The notes under the pieces: generated by a model | Told to the model about the DNA's origin: nothing | The model's input: only the letters and a program-made list of their open reading frames with translations | Databases searched by the model: none | DNA from: Saccharofermentans sp. | GTDB lineage: Bacteria > Bacillota > Clostridia > Saccharofermentanales > Saccharofermentanaceae | Assembly (NCBI GenBank): GCA_016292215.1 | Contig: JAEFBB010000006.1 | Span: forward strand, 9,546 to 73,545 | Length of the DNA: 64,000 nt | Direction of reading: 5' to 3' | In this document: piece by piece, positions 18,812 through 27,791 of the stretch | How positions within the stretch are numbered: the stretch's first letter is position 1 | How the letters are laid out: each line of letters begins with the position of its first letter | Program-made: the position numbers and the translations under genes

Positions 18812-20193
18812 CTTAGGATATCTGTCAAAGCTGAAAAGCCCTTATTCTTAGTTACGATCATGACACTGTCGCCGACATCGATGAAGTCGTTACCTGTAGG
18901 GATTATGATCTTGCCGAAACGGTTGATGCAGGCCACGAGGGTGTTCGGCTTGAGCTTGAGATCTTTGAGCTTTTTGTCGGTAAGTGCGGACTTCTCCATT
19001 ACCTTAAATTCGATAGCTTCCGCTCTTTCATCGAAAAGGTGATACATGACTTCGATGTTGCTTCCGATAGATGCCTTCTTCGCACGCGCATATGTGATGA
19101 TGGCCTCGGCCGTGATCTGCTTGGGATAGATAACGCTTCCCAAGTCGAGACGGTTGATGACATCCGTAAAGCTGATCTTGTTGATCTTTGTAACGGACTT
19201 GATGCCCTTTGAGATCTGTCTTGCGAACAAAGAGAGCATGATGTTCTCTTCATCGATACCCGTGAGAGCTACAACGGAATCGACATCCCTGATACCGGTC
19301 TCTTCGAGGAGAGCTTCATTGATGCCGTCGCCGTTGATTATCGTAGCCTTAGGAAGGAGCTCGCTAAGCTCATCGCAGCGCTGGGCGTCCTTCTCGATGA
19401 TCTTTACATCGATACCTGTCTTGATCAGCTGGTCCGCAAGATAGTAAGCGGATTTGCCGCCGCCGATGATGATCGTGCTCTTTACGGAATTCGTGTTAAA
19501 GCCGATAGATTTAAGGAACGAATGACAGACTTTTCGGGTCGCAACAAATGAGATGATATCGCCTGCCGCAAGCTCGAAAGAACCGTTAGGGATGGTGACT
19601 TCATCGCCGCGCTCGACGCCTACGATCAGGAGGTCATTTGTATAGTTACTTCCGAGATATGCAACGGTCTTGCCGTCAAGAACGCTGCCTACCGGGATCT
19701 TGATCTTAACGATCTCCGCGCTGCCGTGAGCAAATGAATTGATCAGGATAGCGGCAGGAAGATAGAGCAGGCGCGCTGCTTCGACAGCGGCCTCATACTC
19801 AGGATTGATGATCATCTCAAGGCTGAGCTTTGATCTCAGGTAAGGGATCTCCTTGCCGTAGTCAGGATTTCTGACACGCGCGATCGTAGCCAGGTTTTTA
19901 TTGAACTGCTTGGCGATCGTGCAGCAAAGAAGATTAAGCTCATCTGATTCGGTAACTGCGATAAAGAGGTCGGCAGAAGATACGCCTGCTTCCTCTAAGA
20001 CTTCATGGCTCGCACCGTTTCCGATTACGCCCATGCAGTCACAGATATTCGCAAGTTCCGTTAAGCGGTCAAAATTCTTGTCGATGACGACAAGATCGTG
20101 ACCTTCGGCCGAAAGCCTGTTAACCAGAGTGTCACCGACTTTGCCGGCGCCTACAACGATGATCTTTAATCCTCTTTTGCTCATAGAAATCAT
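18808..20193 (-). CDS. trkA: Trk potassium uptake RCK subunit
   Basis: Two RCK/NAD-binding repeats (GAGKVG; GGGKS), 'DELNLLCC', 'DEENIM'. Confidence 0.92.
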   Translation of the reverse strand: MISMSKRGLKIIVVGAGKVGDTLVNRLSAEGHDLVVIDKNFDRLTELANICDCMGVIGNGASHEVLEEAGVSSADLFIAVTESDELNLLCCTIAKQFNKNLATIARVRNPDYGKEIPYLRSKLSLEMIINPEYEAAVEAARLLYLPAAILINSFAHGSAEIVKIKIPVGSVLDGKTVAYLGSNYTNDLLIVGVERGDEVTIPNGSFELAAGDIISFVATRKVCHSFLKSIGFNTNSVKSTIIIGGGKSAYYLADQLIKTGIDVKIIEKDAQRCDELSELLPKATIINGDGINEALLEETGIRDVDSVVALTGIDEENIMLSLFARQISKGIKSVTKINKISFTDVINRLDLGSVIYPKQITAEAIITYARAKKASIGSNIEVMYHLFDERAEAIEFKVMEKSALTDKKLKDLKLKPNTLVACINRFGKIIIPTGNDFIDVGDSVMIVTKNKGFSALTDILR

Positions 20194-21371
20194 ATTCCGA
20201 ATAACTCTTTAACTGCTTCCTTGTTGACCTTTGAACCGATGACAACGATCTTGCCCGTGACATCGGATGCACCTGTTCTGACCTCAGCTTCCTCAGGTAC
20301 GAAGTCGAAGTGGATCCATGTTCCGTCTTCGCCTGCTACGATACCCTTTGAGCGGAGGATCATGCCGTACTTCTCGCTGTCGTCCAATGCCTTCAAAGCA
20401 TTCTCGATCTCGTCTTTTGTGAAACGCTTTGATGTCTCGAATCCGACGGAATCGAAAACCTCATCTGCGTGATGGTGATGATGGTGGTGTTCATGATCGT
20501 GGTGGTGATGATGCTCGTGCTCGTCTTCGTCATCATCATCGTCATCGTCGTGATCGTGGTGGTGATGATGCTCGTGCTCGTCTTCGTCATCATCGTCATC
20601 ATCGTGATCGTGGTGGTGATGATGCTCGTGTTCGTCTTCGTCGTCATCATCGTCATCATCGTGATGGTGATGACCCTTGCACTCTTCGCATTCGCAGTCC
20701 TCGCCGTGCTCGTGATGATGGTGAGCGTGCTCTAATTCGTGCTGCTCTGCTTCAAGAAGCGCTGCTGCCATATCGGCTGCCGTAAGAGGCTCTTCGATAG
20801 CCTTGAGGATCTGTACTCCGGAGAGCTCGTCCCAAGGTGTGGTGATGATCTGTGAGTGATCGTTGATCTCGCGGATGAGGGAGATCGCCTGGTCGAGCTT
20901 TTCCTGTGAGATGTTGCCCGTACGGCTCAATATGATGGTGCCTGCGTACTTGATCTGGTTCTCGTAGAACTCCTTGAAGTTCTTTAAGTAGATCCTGCAC
21001 TTGGAAGCATCGATAACGGTGACTGTTCCGCAGATCTCTGTGCCTTCGACGCGCTTAACTGCTGCGACTACGTCGGAGAGCTTGCCTACGCCCGAGGGTT
21101 CGATGAGTATCCTGTCAGGAGCGAACTGATCGATAACGTCCTTCAAAGCCGTGCCGAAGTCGCCTACGAGACTGCAGCAGATGCAGCCGGAATTCATCTC
21201 GGTGATATTGATGCCGGACTCCTTGAGGAAGCCGCCGTCGATGCCGATCTGGCCGAACTCGTTTTCGATGAGGACGAGCTTGGCTCCGTTGTATCCGTCA
21301 GAGATAAGCTTCTTGATCAGTGTTGTTTTGCCTGCTCCCAGAAATCCTGAGAAGATGTCTACTTTTGTCAT
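20190..21371 (-). CDS. CobW/COG0523 metallochaperone GTPase with long His/Asp-rich insert
   Basis: GFLGAGKTT, ENEFG, GCICC, IEPSG; poly-His/poly-Asp block. Confidence 0.9.
   Translation of the reverse strand: MTKVDIFSGFLGAGKTTLIKKLISDGYNGAKLVLIENEFGQIGIDGGFLKESGINITEMNSGCICCSLVGDFGTALKDVIDQFAPDRILIEPSGVGKLSDVVAAVKRVEGTEICGTVTVIDASKCRIYLKNFKEFYENQIKYAGTIILSRTGNISQEKLDQAISLIREINDHSQIITTPWDELSGVQILKAIEEPLTAADMAAALLEAEQHELEHAHHHHEHGEDCECEECKGHHHHDDDDDDDEDEHEHHHHHDHDDDDDDEDEHEHHHHHDHDDDDDDDEDEHEHHHHHDHEHHHHHHHADEVFDSVGFETSKRFTKDEIENALKALDDSEKYGMILRSKGIVAGEDGTWIHFDFVPEEAEVRTGASDVTGKIVVIGSKVNKEAVKELFGI
20494..20661. repeat. Three in-frame tandem units (54-57 bp) encoding H-D(n)-EDEHEHHHHHD
   Basis: Unit start TGATCGTGGTGGTGATGATGCTCGTG at 20494, 20551 and 20605. 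Confidence 0.85.
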
Positions 21372-21394
21372 TAAAAATGCCTCTTTTCTATTTG

Positions 21395-22345
21395 TCAATT
21401 GAAATAAATAACTTCGTTGTCGGGCTTGCTCGTAATGGCGTAGTCCTCGACTGTAAGGCAGGGCACATTGATCTTGCCTCCCTGTCCGTCATCGTCTTCG
21501 AAATACCTTACCTGACCGGTGACCTTGAGCCACTGGCCTGCAGGGAAGTTCGACTTGTACTGGTAGAAGCAGAGAACGCCCATCATCTGGATGTCAGCTG
21601 CGCAGCATGTGTATGCCTGTCTCTGAAGGACGAACGCGCGTCCCTGGAATTCCCTTAAGACAACGGCCTGGCCGATGAGGCTGATCCTCTTGCCGTTGTA
21701 TCTCTTCATGTTGTCCATCGCGTCCGTGTAGAAAAGACCGAAGTCTTCTGCCGCGATGTGGCAGGGGCTCTGATTGAGATCGAAGGGAAGATGGTCTTCG
21801 ATCCTTATGATCTTGTTGTCCTCGCCAAGGAAGTTGATGCTCATGCCGGGATTAACGGCCTTGACTGAGCCTCTGAGCTTGGGGAGGTTGTCATTGTCTT
21901 CGTCAACTCTGTTGAAGATGACCGTATCGCCGTATCTGAAATAATCGGCAAACAGTGTCTGCATGTTCCTGAAATAATTGCCGTATGTCGAAGCGTCGAT
22001 AACTACGATGGCTGCTGCCAGTGCCCATCTCTCGGGCACGTCGACCTTCTCGAAAAATTCAGCAGGTGACACGGAGCCGTTCCACTCGATGAAAACGACA
22101 CCGGGCTTGTATTTTGCCTCGATATCGAAGGTCATGTCCCTGTCGACATCATCGGTATCGCAGTTAATGATGACGGGGTTTGCTCCCTCGTAGTTTTCCT
22201 GAATATATTCTTCTTCACCTTCTTCGGTGTTGATTACAACGACCTTGCGGTTTTTGAAGTTCTCGCCGCCGATCCATGAACAGATAACGGACGTCTTTCC
22301 GCTGTCCAAAAAACCGGTGAAAAAGTATACAAGACAATCATCCAT
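21395..22345 (-). CDS. CobW-related partner protein with C-terminal TIGR03943-like domain
   Basis: 'TGFLDSGKTS' P-loop, 'IEWNG', 'TCCAADIQ'. Confidence 0.7.
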   Translation of the reverse strand: MDDCLVYFFTGFLDSGKTSVICSWIGGENFKNRKVVVINTEEGEEEYIQENYEGANPVIINCDTDDVDRDMTFDIEAKYKPGVVFIEWNGSVSPAEFFEKVDVPERWALAAAIVVIDASTYGNYFRNMQTLFADYFRYGDTVIFNRVDEDNDNLPKLRGSVKAVNPGMSINFLGEDNKIIRIEDHLPFDLNQSPCHIAAEDFGLFYTDAMDNMKRYNGKRISLIGQAVVLREFQGRAFVLQRQAYTCCAADIQMMGVLCFYQYKSNFPAGQWLKVTGQVRYFEDDDGQGGKINVPCLTVEDYAITSKPDNEVIYFN

Positions 22346-22453
22346 AAATAGTGCACCTCTTTAACAGATAATATTTTGTCCCTGATTTGTTATTATTTCA
22401 AGCAAGAAAAGATATAAAATCAAATGTAAACAATTCGAAATTTGGGAGTTTTG

Positions 22454-23455
22454 ATGAATTCGGTAAAGATCGGTGACATAAAAATAAAGAACCCGATAGC
22501 GTTAAGTCCGATGGCGGGAATAAGCAGTCTTCCGTTCAGGATCATCTGCAATGAGATGGGTGCCGGATACTGTCCGACAGAGCTCGTCAGCGCGAGGTCC
22601 ATAAGGTATAACGGCGTAGGCAAGAGCATGCGCTATATGAGGATATCCCCCGAAGAGGAGGGGATCACCGCGATCCAGCTTTTCGGAAGCGAGCCGGACG
22701 ATTTTAAGGCTGCGATAGAGACGATACTCGATACTCCGGTCCTTAAGGAAGTCTCCATAATCGACATCAACATGGGATGCCCCGTTCCGAAGGTCGTAAA
22801 GACCGGTTCGGGCAGTGCCCTGATGGAGGACCCCGCCAGGGCTGCAGCGATCGTAAAGGCGTGCAAGAGGACTTTGGAAAATGTTTGCCCTAATATTCCC
22901 GTGACTGTAAAGACGCGCACGGGCTATAATGCCGAAGACAACGGAAAGCCTGATTTTGCCAAGGCTCTGGCCGACGCGGGATGTGATATGCTGTGCGTGC
23001 ACGGCAGGACCAGACCGCAGATGTACCACGGTGAGAGCTCCAACCAGGCGATCGCCGTAATGAGGGAAGCGGTAAGAGATTACAAGATCCCGTTCTTCGC
23101 GAATGGTGATATCTGTGATACGGCTTCCGCAAAGAGGATAATAGAAGAGACGGGATGCGACGGCATCATGATCGGCAGGGCTGCAAGAGGCAACCCCTGG
23201 GTTTTCGAACAGGTCATAGCAGGACTTGCAGGAAACGGAGAGCCGAAGTATCCTGATGCGGACGAAAAAAAGCTCATGCTGATGCGCGAGCTCGAAGGAA
23301 GGATGAAATATCTGCCGGAAGAAGTGGCAGTAAGGGAATTCAGAAGCGTAATGCCTTTTTACATCAAGGGCCTTACGGGAAGCGCGCAGATCAAAGTAAA
23401 GCTTTGCAGCGCAACGGGGATAGAAGAGATAAAGGAGATATTGGGAATTGTCTGA
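22454..23455 (+). CDS. dusB: tRNA-dihydrouridine synthase
   Basis: 'PMAG', 'IQLFG', 'DINMGCP', 'VHGRT', 'ANGDI', 'MIGR'. Confidence 0.88.
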   Translation: MNSVKIGDIKIKNPIALSPMAGISSLPFRIICNEMGAGYCPTELVSARSIRYNGVGKSMRYMRISPEEEGITAIQLFGSEPDDFKAAIETILDTPVLKEVSIIDINMGCPVPKVVKTGSGSALMEDPARAAAIVKACKRTLENVCPNIPVTVKTRTGYNAEDNGKPDFAKALADAGCDMLCVHGRTRPQMYHGESSNQAIAVMREAVRDYKIPFFANGDICDTASAKRIIEETGCDGIMIGRAARGNPWVFEQVIAGLAGNGEPKYPDADEKKLMLMRELEGRMKYLPEEVAVREFRSVMPFYIKGLTGSAQIKVKLCSATGIEEIKEILGIV

Positions 23456-24080
23456 CATAGTAATAACCGTATTAGCAGTTTTGGCCGGATGCCTCATGTG
23501 CTTCGAAGGCTACAAACTCTTCAGATTAAGCCTCGGCATTGCCGGAGGAATCGCCGGCTTTGTTCTCGGCAAACTTTTGATAGGCCTCACGGCAAACAAC
23601 GGATTCCCGTGGAGCATGGCCGGAAGGATCATTGTGCTCGCGCTCTTTGCGATAGGCTGCGGGATTCTCGCGTTCAAGCTTTACATGAAGGCCCTGATCG
23701 CCATTACCACTGTCGTCTGCGCATTCTGGTTTTACGATGACTTCGGATTTTTGTTCTCTAAGATCGAGCACAGCGGAGCGCGTTTTGTGCTGACATGTGT
23801 CTCGGGTCTTGCAGTGGGCGCGGTCATAGGCGTAGTCGTCTATTACGCCCAGAAATGGACCATCTCGCTGCTTACCGCATTCATCGGCGCGAGGGTCATC
23901 TCAGGCGTTCTTGCGCCCGTCCTCTGGTCGGGAATTTTGTCCGGAGATTATGCCGGAATCATCGAGCATCAGATACTCGGAGGAGACGTTGAGATCAACT
24001 ATACTCTGATAAGAGTGCTGGTCCTGGCGGTATTTTGTACCGCAGGTTTTTTAATTCAGTTAAAAACTTCAAAAAAATAG
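23448..24080 (+). CDS. Membrane protein (DUF4203/TMEM198-like)
   Basis: 'CFEGYKLFR...G..AGF', 'TAFIGA', multi-TM. Confidence 0.65.
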   Translation: MSDIVITVLAVLAGCLMCFEGYKLFRLSLGIAGGIAGFVLGKLLIGLTANNGFPWSMAGRIIVLALFAIGCGILAFKLYMKALIAITTVVCAFWFYDDFGFLFSKIEHSGARFVLTCVSGLAVGAVIGVVVYYAQKWTISLLTAFIGARVISGVLAPVLWSGILSGDYAGIIEHQILGGDVEINYTLIRVLVLAVFCTAGFLIQLKTSKK

Positions 24081-24081
24081 T

Positions 24082-24110
24082 TTGACCAATGACCTTCCGC
24101 TTGTTAAAAT
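24082..24110 (+). promoter_or_regulatory. Near-consensus sigma-A promoter with no downstream CDS
   Basis: TTGACC-17nt-TAAAAT with extended TG. Confidence 0.7.
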
Positions 24111-24116
24111 CAGGCT

Positions 24117-24240
24117 GTATACGTATGGGGGAATAACGTATACGAACTAACTAAGACAATTTTCTTAATCTATCCCTTATTCCATGTCGAGGGCTTTCCG
24201 ATTTAACGGGAAGCCCTCGGCGTGTTATGGGGGATTTTTC
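24117..24240 (+). ncRNA. Candidate small regulatory RNA (about 123 nt)
   Basis: Promoter, 5' hairpin GTATACGT/ACGTATAC, small TAAGA/TCTTA stem, long 3' hairpin plus TTTTT; no credible ORF. Confidence 0.55.
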
Positions 24241-24252
24241 CGAGTCTGCCGG

Positions 24253-24343
24253 TTCTGTATTTATTGCCTTGTAAATGAGCAAAAAAATACAGAAAACCGC
24301 GGTTTTCTGTATTTTTGCAAGTGATTTTCAGAGAATAAATACA
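24253..24343. repeat. Nested palindromic element containing a perfect 34-bp palindrome
   Basis: AAAAATACAGAAAACCG|CGGTTTTCTGTATTTTT (24283-24316); outer TGTATTTATT / AATAAATACA. Confidence 0.8.
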
Positions 24344-24348
24344 AAAAC

Positions 24349-25320
24349 TTAATTGACCTTGTTGACCGGCTTTCCTGCCAGGAACGCTTCCAGGTTATCA
24401 GCCGCCATGTCGATCAGGCGGATCCTGGTCTCGACGGGAGTCCAGGCGATGTGAGGTGTGATCACGCAGTTGGGAGCGCCGAGCAGAGGATTTTCAGGGA
24501 GCATCGGCTCGACGCAGACGACGTCTGTGCCGTAACCGCCGAGAACGCCGCTGTCCAAAGCTTCTCTTACAGAAGACTCGTTGACGACGGGACCTCTTGC
24601 ACAGTTGATGAGGAGCGCGCCCTTCTTAAACATGGCCAGAGAATCTTTGTTGATTATCTCGCGGGTATCTTCTGTCAGCGGACAGTGAAGTGATACGACG
24701 TCAGCTGCCTTAATGCCTTCTTCGAGAGGCAGACACTTGACTGAAATGCCGTCAAACCCGACATCCGTTCCGATCAGATTTGTGTTGTGCGGAGTTGCCG
24801 TAACATTCATGCCGAATGCTGATGCCATAACAGCAACACGCTTGCCGATCTTGCCCAGACCGATGATGTGAAGCGTCTTGCCGGCAAGCTCTGTAAGAGG
24901 GGCCTTGAAATAGCAGAACTGCTTGCTCCTGCACCAGTCGCCGTTCATAACGGAAGCGGTGTGGAGGCCGACCAGATTGGTAAGTTCAAGAAGAAGGGCC
25001 ATGGTCATCTGGGCCGTTGCAAATGTCGCATATTCGGGAACATTCGTGACCGTGACACCGTGCTGCCTTGCAGCTTCCAAGTCGACAACATTATATCCCG
25101 TGGCGAGCACACCGATGTATTTGAGATCGGGGAGCTTGTCGAAAACATCCTTGTCGAAAACTGCTTTATTCGTGATAGCGCACTCTGCGCCCTGCATCCT
25201 TTCCAACAGCTGGTCCTTGGACGTGGTGTCGTATGCGGTGACTTCTCCCAGGTCGTTTAATCTGCCCCAGGTGATGTCGCCGGGATTGGCCGCGGAGCCG
25301 TCCAGAATAACTATCTTCAT
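24349..25320 (-). CDS. D-isomer-specific 2-hydroxyacid dehydrogenase (glycerate dehydrogenase-like)
   Basis: 'NPGD', GLGKIG, 'SLHCPLT', 'INCARG', 'TPHIAW'. Confidence 0.9.
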   Translation of the reverse strand: MKIVILDGSAANPGDITWGRLNDLGEVTAYDTTSKDQLLERMQGAECAITNKAVFDKDVFDKLPDLKYIGVLATGYNVVDLEAARQHGVTVTNVPEYATFATAQMTMALLLELTNLVGLHTASVMNGDWCRSKQFCYFKAPLTELAGKTLHIIGLGKIGKRVAVMASAFGMNVTATPHNTNLIGTDVGFDGISVKCLPLEEGIKAADVVSLHCPLTEDTREIINKDSLAMFKKGALLINCARGPVVNESSVREALDSGVLGGYGTDVVCVEPMLPENPLLGAPNCVITPHIAWTPVETRIRLIDMAADNLEAFLAGKPVNKVN

Positions 25321-25408
25321 GTATATTTCCTCCGAACTTATTTTGAACTGATTTTAGCAGTAATTGTGGTAATGTTATATCAGAATAACACGAAGGCGGT
25401 CTTATCTT

Positions 25409-26479
25409 ATGTATGTCATCTGTTACGGCAAATCCACCAATGCGCTGGAGATAGGCCAGAAGCTCATAAAAGAAATCGGCGGAAGATCTGTCACCGGGAC
25501 AGAGCTCATCACCGGCAGTTTTGTTGTGGCTGAAGGTGAGACGAGCTGTGCCATCGTTATGATCCTTCCTCTTGAGACTGCGGTCATATCGATGGAAGAG
25601 ACAGTTACGGATAAGACAAGAGATCTGCCTGTGATCGCAGTATCACCTGAGGGCAGATATGCGGCGGTCATCAGAAGAGGAAGCAAGATCTACGAGAAGG
25701 GAACGGATGAAGTCTATTCCGCTGTGGTAAAGGCTTTGGGGCCTTTCTGCTTCTCGGGCTTTGAAGGCAGGACCCAGATCACGGGCGACCTTACAAACCT
25801 GATCTCAAAGTACAACATGTCGGTCAATGACGATAAGATCCTTGAAGCGGTAAACGCAAGGATCAGCGCAGGCGGGAAGGTAGATGTGTATACCGATCTG
25901 CCGGTCATTTTCGCTGACCCCGTGATCGATCCCATGACATATTCGCTGCACAATTATCCTTACGACTTAAGGGATGATTTCATCAGGCAGTACAAGGCTT
26001 CAAAGGCAAAGAATGATGAGCCTTCCGTATTCATCACATGCACATATTTAGGCGACGACGAAGACTTTAAGGATCTGATCCTCGTGCCCAAGCTCTTAAG
26101 CCTTGGTATTGAGATCAAGGTCAAGACCGATCCGGGATACTGCTGCCCTGCCATCAGGAAGTCGCTTATAAACCACCTTTTGAATCCGAAGGCAGTCGCA
26201 AAAGTGGCCGCTACGTACACGGCAAGAGACAGTGCGATCATCAAGGGCATTGCCGGAGAGCTTGATGCGGAGGTCATTGCTTACGAAGCGGATAAGCTCG
26301 CTAACGCTAACGCGCCCATGTCGATGACTTTTAATCCGGAGAAGAAGAACGATACCGCCACCGCGCTGGCATTCCTCGCAAGCTCGGCGGGAGGGATCGT
26401 CATAAGAAGATCGACCTCGGCAAAGGGACTCGTATTATCAGTCGCGATAGACAGAGGCGAGATCATTTTGCCTGAATAA
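25409..26479 (+). CDS. CbiG-like protein (degenerate, orphan)
   Basis: 'DKTRDLPVIAVSPEGRY' and 'LVPKLLSLGI' follow the CbiG layout; the usual SGHxGG and GIGC motifs are absent. Confidence 0.6.
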   Translation: MYVICYGKSTNALEIGQKLIKEIGGRSVTGTELITGSFVVAEGETSCAIVMILPLETAVISMEETVTDKTRDLPVIAVSPEGRYAAVIRRGSKIYEKGTDEVYSAVVKALGPFCFSGFEGRTQITGDLTNLISKYNMSVNDDKILEAVNARISAGGKVDVYTDLPVIFADPVIDPMTYSLHNYPYDLRDDFIRQYKASKAKNDEPSVFITCTYLGDDEDFKDLILVPKLLSLGIEIKVKTDPGYCCPAIRKSLINHLLNPKAVAKVAATYTARDSAIIKGIAGELDAEVIAYEADKLANANAPMSMTFNPEKKNDTATALAFLASSAGGIVIRRSTSAKGLVLSVAIDRGEIILPE

Positions 26480-26595
26480 GACCGGATTGAATAAGACCGA
26501 ATTAGGATATAATGGCCGTATAAGGCTTAACGTTCGTAATAAACATAACAGCAAACAGATTTGAAGGATTTTATCCGGAGTTTGGAGGCGATAAC

Positions 26596-27630
26596 ATGAA
26601 AAAGATTGAAGGGAATAAGCTCGTAGCTTTACTGATCTCCGCATCGATGGTGACAGTGGTCCTTGCCGCATGCACCGTTGATTATGACAAGCTCAATAAG
26701 GGAATAAACGATCTGGGAAGGGCTATTGACGGCAAGAGCACGGTAGAGACATCTGCTACGGTTACCGAGGCAGATACCAGCGCTCCCATATCTGCGACAG
26801 AAGAGTCCTCTGCAGAAGAGACCACACCGGTTCCGACCGGCACGGCAACTCCTTCGCCGACGCCTACACCTACTGAGGCGCCTGCCGCTGAGCGTGTGGA
26901 TTTCTCGGATTATTCAGTAGATATTCTTTCATTCTCCGAGAACTTTGAGGTAACGACCGAGGAGTTCGAAGAGAGCTCTCACTCTGAAGAAGATGACGAG
27001 GTGCTTTTCGCGACATTCGCAGGAACAAGGATGGTGGTTACCTCGGCAGGAAGCGACAATATCAGAGATGCGATCAACCTCATCGTTGACGGATTCTACA
27101 AGGAAGCTGAAGGCGCATACAAGAGAATGGCAGATAAGGCAAAGGCCGAGCTGACCCTTAATGGTGTCATCGAAGAACCTTATGCGGTAAATGTTGATTT
27201 CGAATATATGACCAACGGACGTACATTCTCAGTCCTTATGAGCTACACGGTAGAGGGAAGAGCAGAGGATGAGACGATGGTCGTTGACTTCGCAAGCTTC
27301 GACATGCTGACCGGCCAGTACATCACGCCTGCTGTGATCACATATTATCCTGTTAACTTCGAGAACTCTCTCAGGACCGAGCTCGAGAATGCCATTAAGA
27401 GCAGACCTGCCCAGGGCGAGGAGACCGAAGAAGACGAGGAAGAAGTCACCACTCCTTCTGCAGATGAATTCGAGAAGATCTTCGTAGGACCTACTTCTGT
27501 TGAGACACAGAATCATTCCTATGCCATGGTCTACGGCATTGCTGACGGACAGATCTACAGCAGCGTCATCGAGATGGATGCATATGCTGATTTCTTCAAC
27601 CGCTACGGAGCGTCAGTTTTCCTCGGATAA
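26596..27630 (+). CDS. Acidic lipoprotein with Thr/Pro-rich linker, unknown function
   Basis: Lipobox LAAC, TPSPTPTP linker, GGAGG RBS. Confidence 0.75.
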   Translation: MKKIEGNKLVALLISASMVTVVLAACTVDYDKLNKGINDLGRAIDGKSTVETSATVTEADTSAPISATEESSAEETTPVPTGTATPSPTPTPTEAPAAERVDFSDYSVDILSFSENFEVTTEEFEESSHSEEDDEVLFATFAGTRMVVTSAGSDNIRDAINLIVDGFYKEAEGAYKRMADKAKAELTLNGVIEEPYAVNVDFEYMTNGRTFSVLMSYTVEGRAEDETMVVDFASFDMLTGQYITPAVITYYPVNFENSLRTELENAIKSRPAQGEETEEDEEEVTTPSADEFEKIFVGPTSVETQNHSYAMVYGIADGQIYSSVIEMDAYADFFNRYGASVFLG

Positions 27631-27705
27631 TCGAAATCAGATAAAATTTATAAGTTTTGCATAAAAATCGCGCCCCCGGCTTCACACAGTTGCCTAAGGG
27701 CGCGA

Positions 27706-27734
27706 TTGAACTTCCCGGGATTGTGGTATAAAAT
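27706..27734 (+). promoter_or_regulatory. Sigma-A promoter for sugar-binding lipoprotein
   Basis: TTGAAC-17nt-TAAAAT. Confidence 0.6.
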
Positions 27735-27791
27735 GCTTCCGTTGTAAAACGCATATGGGGAAATAAAAGAAATTTTATGCGAGAGGAAAGA

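Noticed and set aside
20393-20785. Alternative-frame low-complexity ORFs (Met/Val/Thr- or Arg-rich)
   Set aside because: By-products of the His/Asp triplet repeat in the CobW-like gene
22502-23497. 331-aa antisense ORF over dusB
   Set aside because: Shadow ORF on the opposite strand of a well-supported gene; no recognisable motifs
24184-24324. 46-codon ORF (MSRAFRF...) crossing the sRNA candidate and the palindrome
   Set aside because: No RBS, the start is buried in a stem, and it runs through a terminator-like structure
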